NCBI GenBank assembly: GCA_047602425.1 | Contig: JASGHG010000001.1 | Location: forward strand, 2,880,001 to 2,944,000 | DNA from: Nibricoccus sp. | GTDB taxonomy: Bacteria; Verrucomicrobiota; Verrucomicrobiia; Opitutales; Opitutaceae | Direction of reading: 5' to 3' | DNA: 64,000 nucleotides | In this document: positions 19,618 to 28,552 of the stretch, piece by piece | How positions within the stretch are numbered: position 1 is the stretch's first letter | Layout: every line of letters begins with the position of its first letter | Notes under the pieces: generated by a model | The model's database searches: none | The model's input: the letters and a program-made list of their open reading frames with translations, nothing else | What the model was told of the DNA's origin: nothing | Program-made: the position numbers and the translations under genes

Positions 19618-20916
19618 ATGAAGATTTTCCAGCGAGTGCTGCACGGGTTGGCGGTGGTAGCTTTGGCGCTCGGTGCTATCTTGACCGTAGTGGTGGTTAT
19701 TGCTTCCGTATACGTCACCGGCTTCCTTGCTGTGGGGGTTGGAAAACCTGCGGAGGAGGTTGGAATATCGGCGAACCTTCCATTTCTCACGGTTGTTGCC
19801 GGGGGCGTTGCTTTGGCTGTACTGGTTTTGGCAATTTGCGCGATCTATTGGTATGTCCGTTGGAAGTGGATTTCGCTTTTTGGGGTGTTGGTGGTGGGTA
19901 GCTTGGGTTTTCTCGCTTTTGATTCCACTCCTGTGCCGCAAGCCGATCTCGGGTCGCGTGTAGGGGCGGATGATCGAGGCTATCAGAAGATTATGTGGAT
20001 GTCCGAGGCTTCGCCATTCAGTCGCCTTTCGGAGGCGGGTGTTCTGGATTCGAACGAGCTAACGTCGCTTCTGCTTCCCGCAAAGGGCGACGATTGGCCG
20101 GAGTTTGTGCGATCGAATCGGGAATTGATCATTCGAGCGTGGAATGAGGACAAGCTGGGCCGGGAATGGATCGCTGCGATCAATGCGACTCCTCCCGGGG
20201 GAGTTTGGCCGCAAGGCCTCAATGCCCCTTTCATAGCGTTCAAACCTACGCGCGCGATCTGCAATCTGCGCTTGGCATATGCCTGTGTCCTCTCGGTTGA
20301 TGGTCGAAGTGAAGAGGCTGTTGGAGTCCTTGTTCCAGTTATTCTGGCGATGCACCACCTTCAGCGTACTGGGGGCAATCTGGTGCATGAAATGATTCCT
20401 GCTTTGATTCTAAAGCACTGCTATGCTTGCGCCGGCCAAATTATGAAAGTCGAGTCTATCTCGTTCGGTTCGCGGGCATTGCTGGGCAATGCTCTCCGTG
20501 CGGGTCTGCCGATCGAACAGGTGATCCGAAATGCGTATATGGGCGAGCAAGATTTCTTTCGTGGGTGCATGGACTCGATTGATGGAAAATATGCCGAGAG
20601 GCTCGGGCTAAAAGGGGATCATGTGGGACTATTTGATCAGATCCTATTCCGAACGAGATGGGTTCTGATTAACCGTAATCGCACCGAGCGGTTGTATGTT
20701 GACGCCCTCCGAGAAGTAGTGGCCTTTGTGCAGGCGCGGGATTTGGATGGCCTCAAAAACTGGGTCCCGGAGCTCATGCATTCCAAGGGGGTTCGAAATC
20801 CAGTCGGTCGCCTGCTGATCGCTATGGTGTTTCCTGCGGTTCAAAAGATTGCGGGGCAGCTATGGGCGATTGAGGACCTTCGTCTCGAGCTCCTCAAGCA
20901 GCTCGATAAACCCTAA
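19618..20916 (+). CDS. Hypothetical membrane-anchored protein
   Basis: 432-aa ORF; about three N-terminal TM helices then a helical soluble domain. Confidence 0.65.
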   Translation: MKIFQRVLHGLAVVALALGAILTVVVVIASVYVTGFLAVGVGKPAEEVGISANLPFLTVVAGGVALAVLVLAICAIYWYVRWKWISLFGVLVVGSLGFLAFDSTPVPQADLGSRVGADDRGYQKIMWMSEASPFSRLSEAGVLDSNELTSLLLPAKGDDWPEFVRSNRELIIRAWNEDKLGREWIAAINATPPGGVWPQGLNAPFIAFKPTRAICNLRLAYACVLSVDGRSEEAVGVLVPVILAMHHLQRTGGNLVHEMIPALILKHCYACAGQIMKVESISFGSRALLGNALRAGLPIEQVIRNAYMGEQDFFRGCMDSIDGKYAERLGLKGDHVGLFDQILFRTRWVLINRNRTERLYVDALREVVAFVQARDLDGLKNWVPELMHSKGVRNPVGRLLIAMVFPAVQKIAGQLWAIEDLRLELLKQLDKP

Positions 20917-20973
20917 AACCTGCTTTCCCGTTTGACGCCTTGGCCGGGTGGGGTAGGTAAGCGCCTCTTCCGA

Positions 20974-22338
20974 TTGAACCGCGTCTACATTAAAACCTAC
21001 GGCTGCCAGATGAACGAGCGTGACAGCGAGGCTGTTGCGGCGATGTTGCGCGGGCGTGGTTACCGGATCGTCAACGCCGAGGACGATTGCGATATCCTCC
21101 TGCTCAACACATGCAGCGTGCGCGATGCAGCCGAACAAAAGGCCATCGGCAAAGCAGGCTATCTCCAGCGGCGCAAAAAGAAAAATCCCGACTTCATCCT
21201 CGGGATCATCGGTTGCATGGCGCAGAATCGTGGCACGGATTTGTTGGAGCGTTTGCCCGATCTCGATCTGATCGTGGGCACGCAGAAATTTCACCAAGTG
21301 CCGGACTATCTCGATAATTTGCGGGCGGCGCGCGATGCGGGCGTGCCGATTGGCGAGACGATCGTCGATATTGCAGAAGAATCCGGTTCGCAAAACGCGA
21401 TTCGCGACCATCTCGTTGACGAAAACGGCAACGCGCCGCAGGTGAGCGCGTTCGTGTCGATTCAGCAGGGCTGCAACATGGATTGCGCGTTCTGCATCGT
21501 ACCGAAGACGCGCGGTGACGAGCGTTCGCGTCCGATCGATGAGATCGTGCGCGAATGCGAACAACTCGCGCAACGCGGTACGCGCGAGATCACGCTGCTT
21601 GGCCAGATCGTAACGAGCTACGGCCGGCGCGACTACGTGCACGAGGGCGGAATTTCGCCTTTCGTGCAACTTCTGGAACGGGTGAACGCGATCCCGGGGA
21701 TCGAGCGGATTCGTTTTACGTCACCGCACCCGCGCGGGTTCAAACAGGATTTGGTCGAAGCTTTTGGACGGCTGCCGAAGCTTTGTGAATGCGTGCACCT
21801 GCCAATGCAGTCGGGTAGCAATCGCATCCTGAAGGCGATGAACCGGCCGTATTCGCGCGAGCGATACAAGGAAATCGTTGACGCACTCGTGGCGGTGCGG
21901 CCGGAAATGTATTTTTCGACCGACGTGATCGTGGGCTTTCCGGGCGAGACCGAGGAAGATTTCGCGCAAACGCGCGAGCTCTTCGAAGCGTGCAATTACG
22001 ACATGGCCTACGTCTTCAAATATTCGATCCGCACGGGGACGCCGGCTGCGACGCTCGGCGATCAAGTGCCGGAAGAGGTAAAGGAGCAACGCAATCAGAT
22101 CCTGTTGGACATCCTGCACAAAAATTCGCTGCGCCGAAACGAATCGCTTATCGGCAAAACCGAGGCCGTGCTCGTCGAAGGTCCGGACAAGTCGGGCCAG
22201 CGTTTCACGGGCCGCACACGCGGCAATCGCGTCGCAATTTTCGAGGCGAACCCGCGTTTGATTGGGCAAATCGTGCCATTGAAAATCGAGCGTGCGACGG
22301 TGAGTTCGTTGTACGGCGAGTTGGTGCTGGCGGAGTGA
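20974..22338 (+). CDS. miaB: tRNA-2-methylthio-N6-dimethylallyladenosine synthase
   Basis: KTYGCQMNERDS, NTCSVR, GCMAQ, CNMDCAFC, FTSPHP, C-terminal TRAM; probable TTG start at 20974. Confidence 0.96.
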   Translation: MNRVYIKTYGCQMNERDSEAVAAMLRGRGYRIVNAEDDCDILLLNTCSVRDAAEQKAIGKAGYLQRRKKKNPDFILGIIGCMAQNRGTDLLERLPDLDLIVGTQKFHQVPDYLDNLRAARDAGVPIGETIVDIAEESGSQNAIRDHLVDENGNAPQVSAFVSIQQGCNMDCAFCIVPKTRGDERSRPIDEIVRECEQLAQRGTREITLLGQIVTSYGRRDYVHEGGISPFVQLLERVNAIPGIERIRFTSPHPRGFKQDLVEAFGRLPKLCECVHLPMQSGSNRILKAMNRPYSRERYKEIVDALVAVRPEMYFSTDVIVGFPGETEEDFAQTRELFEACNYDMAYVFKYSIRTGTPAATLGDQVPEEVKEQRNQILLDILHKNSLRRNESLIGKTEAVLVEGPDKSGQRFTGRTRGNRVAIFEANPRLIGQIVPLKIERATVSSLYGELVLAE

Positions 22339-22367
22339 GGAGCGGGCAGAGGATCATTCGGAACAGG

Positions 22368-22767
22368 TCACAGAGAGCACGGAGCGCGGACACAGAGGTC
22401 ACGGAAGGGGGAGAGTCGGAAATATTTTGAACAGAAGAGAACGAAGGGAACGAAGCGTCGGAGGTGGGCGGGGACGAGGTTGCAGGGTTTGGAAGTATGA
22501 TTCGGGGAAATTGGCGACGCTTTGCGGGGAACTTTGCGGCCTTTGCGTTAAAACGGATCGGAGTTTCCAAACCGTTTTCACGCGAAGATCGCAAAGAGCG
22601 CGAAGAAGGGGGCCGAACTTTCACAGAAAAGAACAAGGGAGACGAAGCGTGGCGGGCTGGCGGGCTCCGGGTTTCATGGACCACGATTTTCTCAGCAAAA
22701 GACCGTGGATTGAAGGTTTGATGACGAATTCCAGCGACGCTTCGTTCTCTTCGTTACCTTTTGTAAA
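22368..22767. repeat. Cluster of about six degenerate ~30-40 nt repeats with internal 9-nt periodicity, in both orientations
   Basis: 22425-22460 TTTTGAACAGAAGAGAACGAAGGGAACGAAGCGTCG matches the reverse complement of 22734-22767 (TTTACAAAAGGTAACGAAGAGAACGAAGCGTCGC); 22514-22553 is inverted against 22575-22608. Confidence 0.7.
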
Positions 22768-22858
22768 TCATCCTCTGTAAAAATTTGCCTGCTGCACGCG
22801 GACTTGCCTTTCGGGCGGGAGTTTGCGGGTGTCTTCCCTTTCATTTTCGAAATCAGCC

Positions 22859-23404
22859 ATGTCGCTTTTGCTCGCCACACTTTTGCCCGGATTGTTTCTC
22901 GCCGTACTGGGATTTGTTTTTTTGATCAACAACTCGGCGGTGCAGTCGACGTTGAAGGCGCTGCCGCGCTCGCAGGTCGGCGCGATCGTGTTTTTTGGCG
23001 GTGGGGCGCTGTGGTTTTTATATCTCGTCTGGAACCTGTCGGCGGCGGACTTGGTGATATTCTCCAAGCCGCAGGTTTGGGTAATGATTTTTGCCGCACT
23101 TTCGGCGATGGCATTTGTATACGTGCCCGATTTTCTCGCGGTGCGCGGTTTGAGCGTGTTGACGCTCCTGGCCGGCTGGCCGCTGCTGATGGCGGCGTAC
23201 ATGGAATACGACAAGCCCCAACGATTGCTCATGGTGGTCGCGGTTTTTGTCGCGGTTTCGCTGGCGATCTACCTCGGTGCGGTGCCTTACCGGCTGCGCG
23301 ATTTTTTCCAATGGCTGTTTTCGACGCGCGGGCGTCCGCGTTTGCTCGGCGGTTTTCTGGCCGCCTATGGCTTGCTGCTCACGGCGGTGGCCTTCACGTA
23401 TTGA
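22859..23404 (+). CDS. Hypothetical integral membrane protein
   Basis: About six hydrophobic helices; DFLAVRG and PYRLRDF motifs; coupled to gmk. Confidence 0.75.
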   Translation: MSLLLATLLPGLFLAVLGFVFLINNSAVQSTLKALPRSQVGAIVFFGGGALWFLYLVWNLSAADLVIFSKPQVWVMIFAALSAMAFVYVPDFLAVRGLSVLTLLAGWPLLMAAYMEYDKPQRLLMVVAVFVAVSLAIYLGAVPYRLRDFFQWLFSTRGRPRLLGGFLAAYGLLLTAVAFTY

Positions 23405-23408
23405 GATA

Positions 23409-24116
23409 ATGGAGACGCCTCGGAAGATGTCCGCCCACAACAGCAAGGCGCAGCCTGCCGCTCCGGGAAAAACCGGAAAATCCATTCGCGGCCCGCGCCG
23501 TCCGAAAGCCGCGCCCGCGCCGGTGCTGCTCGTTCTGGCGGGGCCGGCTGGTTCGGGCAAGACCACGCTTTGCGAACGCATGGTGGCGGAGGTCGACGGA
23601 TTTTCGCGCGTGGTGACGACGACGACCCGCGCGCCACGCCCGGGCGAAGTGGATGGCGTGCATTACCATTTTCTTTCGCCGGCGCAGTTTGATGCGAAGG
23701 TGGAGGCCGGGGAATTTTTGGAATGGGCGTGGGTTCATCAGAAAAATCGCTACGGCACGCTGGCGTCATCGGTTCTCGAACCGCTGGCTGAAGGACGCAG
23801 CCTTGTGATCAATGTCGATGTGCAAGGGGTTGAAAATTTCCGGATGGCGGCGCGTGCGAATCCATTGCTCGCGCGGCACATGGCGACCGTTTTCATCAAT
23901 GTCCCCCTCGACGAACTGCGCAAGCGCATGGAAACGCGCGGGCAGGACAGCGATGAGGAAATCGCACGCCGCCTTGGCACGGCGGAGCGCGAATTGCGCG
24001 AAATCGACCGCTTCGATTATGTGATCGCCAGCACCACGCGGGAAGGCGACTTCAAGGCGTTGCTAACTATTTGGCGAAAAGTTCAGGATCGCGTCCGGAA
24101 ATCCCGGACGGCCTAG
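23409..24116 (+). CDS. gmk: Guanylate kinase
   Basis: GPAGSGKTT, TTTRAPRPGEVDGVHYHF, FLEWA, YGT, DVQG, RGQDSDEEIARRL. Confidence 0.96.
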   Translation: METPRKMSAHNSKAQPAAPGKTGKSIRGPRRPKAAPAPVLLVLAGPAGSGKTTLCERMVAEVDGFSRVVTTTTRAPRPGEVDGVHYHFLSPAQFDAKVEAGEFLEWAWVHQKNRYGTLASSVLEPLAEGRSLVINVDVQGVENFRMAARANPLLARHMATVFINVPLDELRKRMETRGQDSDEEIARRLGTAERELREIDRFDYVIASTTREGDFKALLTIWRKVQDRVRKSRTA

Positions 24117-24228
24117 CTTTTCACGCCGAAAAATTCTGCGCGGTGGTTGGGCGGAAACTTGTATGGGAAATTTCCCTACAGAGAGGCCGTGTCGCGAACT
24201 CCGGGTTGGTTTAGTGGTCACTGAGTTC

Positions 24229-24906
24229 GTGAAAAAGCCGGACAATACATCGCGGCGGATTTTCCGGCCCTGGCGTTTGGTGGTTGGCGCGGTAGTCGTC
24301 ATTGTTGCCCTGCAATTCGCCTACAGCCGGATTGATCTGAGCGCGCTGCGTGCCGCCACCCTGGAAATGAACGGAGCGTTCGTATTTCTTGCGCTGGTGA
24401 TTTTGCCGCTTCTGGGATTTCCGGTCAGCGTGCTCCATGTTTTCGCCGGCGTGCGCTGGGGCGGTGTAGTGGGCACCTCGCTGGTGACGGCTTCCATCCT
24501 CCTGCAATTGCTGGCCAGTTATGGGTTGGTTCATTTGTTTCGACCCTTGTTTGCGGCGCGCCTGGAACCGCTGCGCCGTCGCATCCCGGAGGGCGCGCAC
24601 GGGCCCGTCTCGTTGTTTACGATGCTGGTTCCCGGTGTGCCGTACTTTGCGAAAAATTACGTGCTTCCGCTGATCGGTGTGCCGCTGCCGACTTATCTGC
24701 TCTGGTGTTTTCCGCTTCATGCGCTGCGCGCGACGGTGCCGGTGATTTTCGGGGATCAAGCCGATCATCTCACCCCAACGCGCATCGTGTTGTTTTGCCT
24801 CTACGGAACAGTTATTGTGCTGTCGTGCGGCTGGGCTTTCCGGCGTCTCCAGTCACAACTTGCAGATCCACCACAAGCGGCAGGTGATCCGACGCAAAAC
24901 GGCTGA
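24229..24906 (+). CDS. TVP38/TMEM64 (VTT) family membrane protein
   Basis: LPLLGFPVSVL, LVPGVPYFAKNY; probable GTG start at 24229; 3' end overlaps the convergent gene. Confidence 0.8.
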   Translation: MKKPDNTSRRIFRPWRLVVGAVVVIVALQFAYSRIDLSALRAATLEMNGAFVFLALVILPLLGFPVSVLHVFAGVRWGGVVGTSLVTASILLQLLASYGLVHLFRPLFAARLEPLRRRIPEGAHGPVSLFTMLVPGVPYFAKNYVLPLIGVPLPTYLLWCFPLHALRATVPVIFGDQADHLTPTRIVLFCLYGTVIVLSCGWAFRRLQSQLADPPQAAGDPTQNG

Positions 24907-27235
24907 GATGGTTGCGCGGGACAGTGATGTTGCTGACCGCAAGGTTGTCCGAAAGAAAGACGTGATCGATCCGCATGAACGGACGCGCTGAGGTAAAGGT
25001 GCTGAGCGGGCGATGGCCATTGTGACTTCTCTGGGCGTCGCGAAGCCGCTTCGTCGCGAGCGCATAGGGAGGACTGCCCGGGGAAAGATTCATATCTCCG
25101 CAAAAAATCACCGGCTCCGCACTGGGGATGGCCGACAACCATTTCGGTCCCAACAAATCTTTCATCTGCAATACCCGCTCCAGCCTGCCCAGACCGAGAT
25201 GCGTGGTGATCACGTGAACAGGCCGCCCATCAACCAACACCTTGGCCCAAAGCGCCGACCGCGCTTCCTTCCACCAGCTTTTGGGGTCCGAAGGCAAAAA
25301 TGCGCGGTGCATCACTTCTATTGGCCACCGGCTAAGCAGCGCGTGCCCGTAGTGTTCATTTCCCAGGGTCACGGTGGGGCAGAACACAGCGTTCAATCCC
25401 AGCTCCGAGGCGATGATCGAGGCTTGATCTTCAGAGCGTGAACGACGGCGCCCGAGGTCGAGCTCCTGCAAGGCTACGATGTCAGGGGTTTGGCCGGCCA
25501 GCACACGTGCGATCCGTCTCGGTGAAATGCGGCCATCGGTTCCCGCGCAGCCATGGGTGTTGTAGGTGGCCAGCCGAAACCGTGGACCGCTCCACGCGGA
25601 ATTTTTTTTCGTCAATGGTTGCCGTCCGAGGTGGTGCAATGCCGCGGCCCGCAACTGCCCCGGGCGGAGCCATTTTGACGAACCATCAGGCAGAGGTGTA
25701 TGGGCCGGCAGGAGGGCGAACCCCTTCGTTTCCTCCGGTCCGAGACCGGCGTGGGCACCGCTTTCCGGCGCGAAAGTCCACGGTTGCCCGCCCGGGCTCC
25801 AGCCCAGCAGCACGAGATCGCCAGCGTCTTCGTGCGAACAAAGGGCCGCAAGATCGCGTCCGATTTCCGACTTCACCGGTTCGGGATGAGGCACCAGCGA
25901 GGCCACTTCTTCCGGCACTGCGGTTTCGCCATGCGCATGGTACCAGACGATCTTCCCGAGGCTATCTTTTACGAGCACGCCTGGTATGGCGCCGATGGTC
26001 ACGAGACGCTGGGCGAGCGCGCGGCTCTTCCCATCATCGGGCTTTCGCGGAAAATAGACGTGACCCACCGGTCCCACGGCGGCAACGCTGAAATCCTCCT
26101 CGTTGGAGGTGGTGAATGATTCGGTTGAGACCTGTTTCGCACGATATTTTTGGGCGAACTTGCCCTGCGAGACGAAGGCCGGGGGTAATCGCCGTTGGGC
26201 ATGCCGACCGGCTGACGGCGCGCTTGTTTGCGAGGGGCCGAGGCAACTTCGGATCGCTTGTTCCACTCCGCCTTTTTCAAAGGCGAAGGAGCGCGCATGT
26301 TCCTGCCCGTGGTCGGAAAAAATCCAGACGCTGTAATCGCGTCGTCGCGAACGCTGAGCAGCGTTGAAGAGACGCTTGATCGCATGATCGATTTCGCGGA
26401 GCGACCAATGGGCGAAACGCGAAGCCGGTCCGCGGCGATGAGCGTGTTCGTCATAACCGATGAAATTGACATGGACGATGGGAAGCCCGCGTGTGACATC
26501 GATCGCTGCGCCGATGGTGACGAGTTCGCGCAGCCCGGTGCCGATGAAAACGCGGGAGATTGCCATGCCGACCTCCAGCCAAAACGGCTCTCCGTGTCGA
26601 ATGCCATCAATCAAGTCGCAGCAGGCTACAAACATTTCGGCCACCAACTGGCGGGCGATACGCAGCGACGCGGGAAATTGCCCGAGGATGAACAGAAGAA
26701 TGTTTGCGATTTTGCCGGACCTCCACATATCGCCAAAACCGATGCTCGCCGCGCAAAAATGAGTTTCTTCGAGCGCAGCACCGCCGGCGTAGATGTTCGA
26801 CCAGGAACTGCCGCCCTTGAGCAATCCTTCGGCCTTCTCCTGGAGTTTTGCCTCGAAGTCCTTCGCCCATTGCGGAGAGTACATCGCACCGCGCTCCTTT
26901 TTGTCACGGCGGACGAAACTGAATGCCGGCACGGCTGTGCGAACACCATAGTACAACTCTGCCTGCACGGCGGGCGTTGTGGTGGGCAGGCCGGGGTAAA
27001 ATGAACGCAATTCAAAGCCCTCGCGCTTGAGCAACTTTCCTAGAAACGGCAGGTGTCTCTGTTCAATCGCGCGTTCCAGTTGGGTGCGTCCGAGTCCATC
27101 GATCTGCACCAACAGCAGGCCAGGCTCCTCCGAAGTTCCGACGGATGGGGCCAGCCCGAGGTGCCGGATGGCCCATTCGCTGCGGCTTAGTCGTTGGCGA
27201 AGTCCGTGGGCAAACGCTTCGATTTTTGCAAACAT
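24812..27235 (-). CDS. Fusion of alkaline-phosphatase/nucleotide-pyrophosphatase superfamily domain and endonuclease/exonuclease/phosphatase (EEP) domain
   Basis: AlkP: QIDGL, PTTTPAVQ, YDEHAHRRGP, SDHGQ, GAHAG. EEP: ATYNTH, LQE, THL, GDMN, RIDHVF, SDHLP. Confidence 0.87.
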   Translation of the reverse strand: MFAKIEAFAHGLRQRLSRSEWAIRHLGLAPSVGTSEEPGLLLVQIDGLGRTQLERAIEQRHLPFLGKLLKREGFELRSFYPGLPTTTPAVQAELYYGVRTAVPAFSFVRRDKKERGAMYSPQWAKDFEAKLQEKAEGLLKGGSSWSNIYAGGAALEETHFCAASIGFGDMWRSGKIANILLFILGQFPASLRIARQLVAEMFVACCDLIDGIRHGEPFWLEVGMAISRVFIGTGLRELVTIGAAIDVTRGLPIVHVNFIGYDEHAHRRGPASRFAHWSLREIDHAIKRLFNAAQRSRRRDYSVWIFSDHGQEHARSFAFEKGGVEQAIRSCLGPSQTSAPSAGRHAQRRLPPAFVSQGKFAQKYRAKQVSTESFTTSNEEDFSVAAVGPVGHVYFPRKPDDGKSRALAQRLVTIGAIPGVLVKDSLGKIVWYHAHGETAVPEEVASLVPHPEPVKSEIGRDLAALCSHEDAGDLVLLGWSPGGQPWTFAPESGAHAGLGPEETKGFALLPAHTPLPDGSSKWLRPGQLRAAALHHLGRQPLTKKNSAWSGPRFRLATYNTHGCAGTDGRISPRRIARVLAGQTPDIVALQELDLGRRRSRSEDQASIIASELGLNAVFCPTVTLGNEHYGHALLSRWPIEVMHRAFLPSDPKSWWKEARSALWAKVLVDGRPVHVITTHLGLGRLERVLQMKDLLGPKWLSAIPSAEPVIFCGDMNLSPGSPPYALATKRLRDAQRSHNGHRPLSTFTSARPFMRIDHVFLSDNLAVSNITVPRNHLSRFASDHLPLVVDLQVVTGDAGKPSRTTAQ

Positions 27236-27251
27236 TGGATTTAGAGACTAG

Positions 27252-28552
27252 TTAAGCAGAGGCGACTTTTTGCTCCTTTACCGCCGCCACCGCCTCGACC
27301 ACTGCATGGGTTTTTTCCGCGAGCAAATTCCATTCGACACTCAAGCGTTCGAGAAGCGTGCCCCACGGGTTGAGCCAGGTGAGCAGCCGCTCGCGTCGTG
27401 TGGCCTTGAGGACGTCACCGTAAAAGGCGAGAGCGGTCTCCGCGCATTTTCTTTGGGAAAATTCCTCCGCGGTCTTGCGGGCGGCATTTGCGAATCTCTC
27501 GCGACGGTCGGGCGAACTTTCCAGCCGGACGAGCGCCGTTGCGAAATGCGTCGGCGGTTCGTCTTCGGCGAGCATGTAGCCGTTGGCCCGATTGCTAACC
27601 ACTTCGCGAACGCCCGACGCGTCGAGCGCCACCACGGGCAAACCAGCTGCCATCGCCTCAGCCAGCACCATGCCCTGCGTTTCGCTTTTCGAGGCAAAGG
27701 CAAAGCAGTCCATGCCGCGATAGGCCGCATGGAGCGCCGCGCCGCTCAGTTTTCCAAGCAGCAGCAATTTTTCGGGTACGCCGTGTTTAGCGAACGTTTC
27801 CGTGAGGACGTTTTCCGCGGGCCCGCGCCCGCCACGGCAAACCGGGATTCGGGGATCTTTGCGCAGAATCGGGCCACGGCTTCGGCCAGGTATTCGAGGT
27901 TTTTCTCAGGCGCCAGCCGACCCACGTGACCCACCACGAAAACATCGTCGGCCAGCCGGTGTTTTCGCCGAAACCGTTCACGATTTCCGGAGGCGAAGGC
28001 GGCCACGTCGATTCCCGACGGAACCACTTTTATTGGTACAGTTACACCGCGCGTTTTGATCAGGTCGGCGATACTTTCGCTCGGGGCAATGACGCCATCG
28101 CAGAGGTTGGCGAAGTCGGTGGAAAGCTGCGCGGCGAATTCACGGAGCACCGGCGAGTTGAAGGGGACATAGTGGGTGTAGTCCTCGTATTTGGTGTGGT
28201 GTGTGAAGATGACCGGCACGTTTTTTTTCGCCGCCACCCGGAGAGCCGTGTCGCCGAGCAGGAACGGATGATGCGCATGCACGATGTCGGCGGCAAAAGC
28301 ATCGAGCCGTTTCGACCAAACCGTGGCGACCGGCAAACGCACGGAAAAATCGCTGCCATTGAAGTTTTGAATCGCTGGCACGCGATCGACGATGGCTTCC
28401 GCGCGTTTGGGCAGCGGTTTGCCATCGAAAATCGGAGCGACGACAAGGACGTCATTTCCAAGGGCGAGATACTCCTCGGCAAAGGAACTGACAGAGCGGG
28501 CGACCCCGCCGACATGCGGCAGGTAGGTATTGGTCATCATGCAAATATTCAT
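27252..28552 (-). pseudogene. GT4 family glycosyltransferase split by a 1-nt frameshift near 27820 (true pseudogene or sequencing error)
   Basis: MMTNTYLPHVGGVARSV, HAHHPF, FTHHTKY, VGRLAPEKN in one frame; SETQGMVLAEAMAAGLPVV in another. Adding one base at GGCCCG/CGG gives GP-x-ENVLTETFAKHGVPEKLLLLG. Confidence 0.85.

Noticed and set aside
22368..22767. Possible CRISPR array
   Set aside because: Repeats are degenerate, in both orientations and irregularly spaced, and there are no cas genes.
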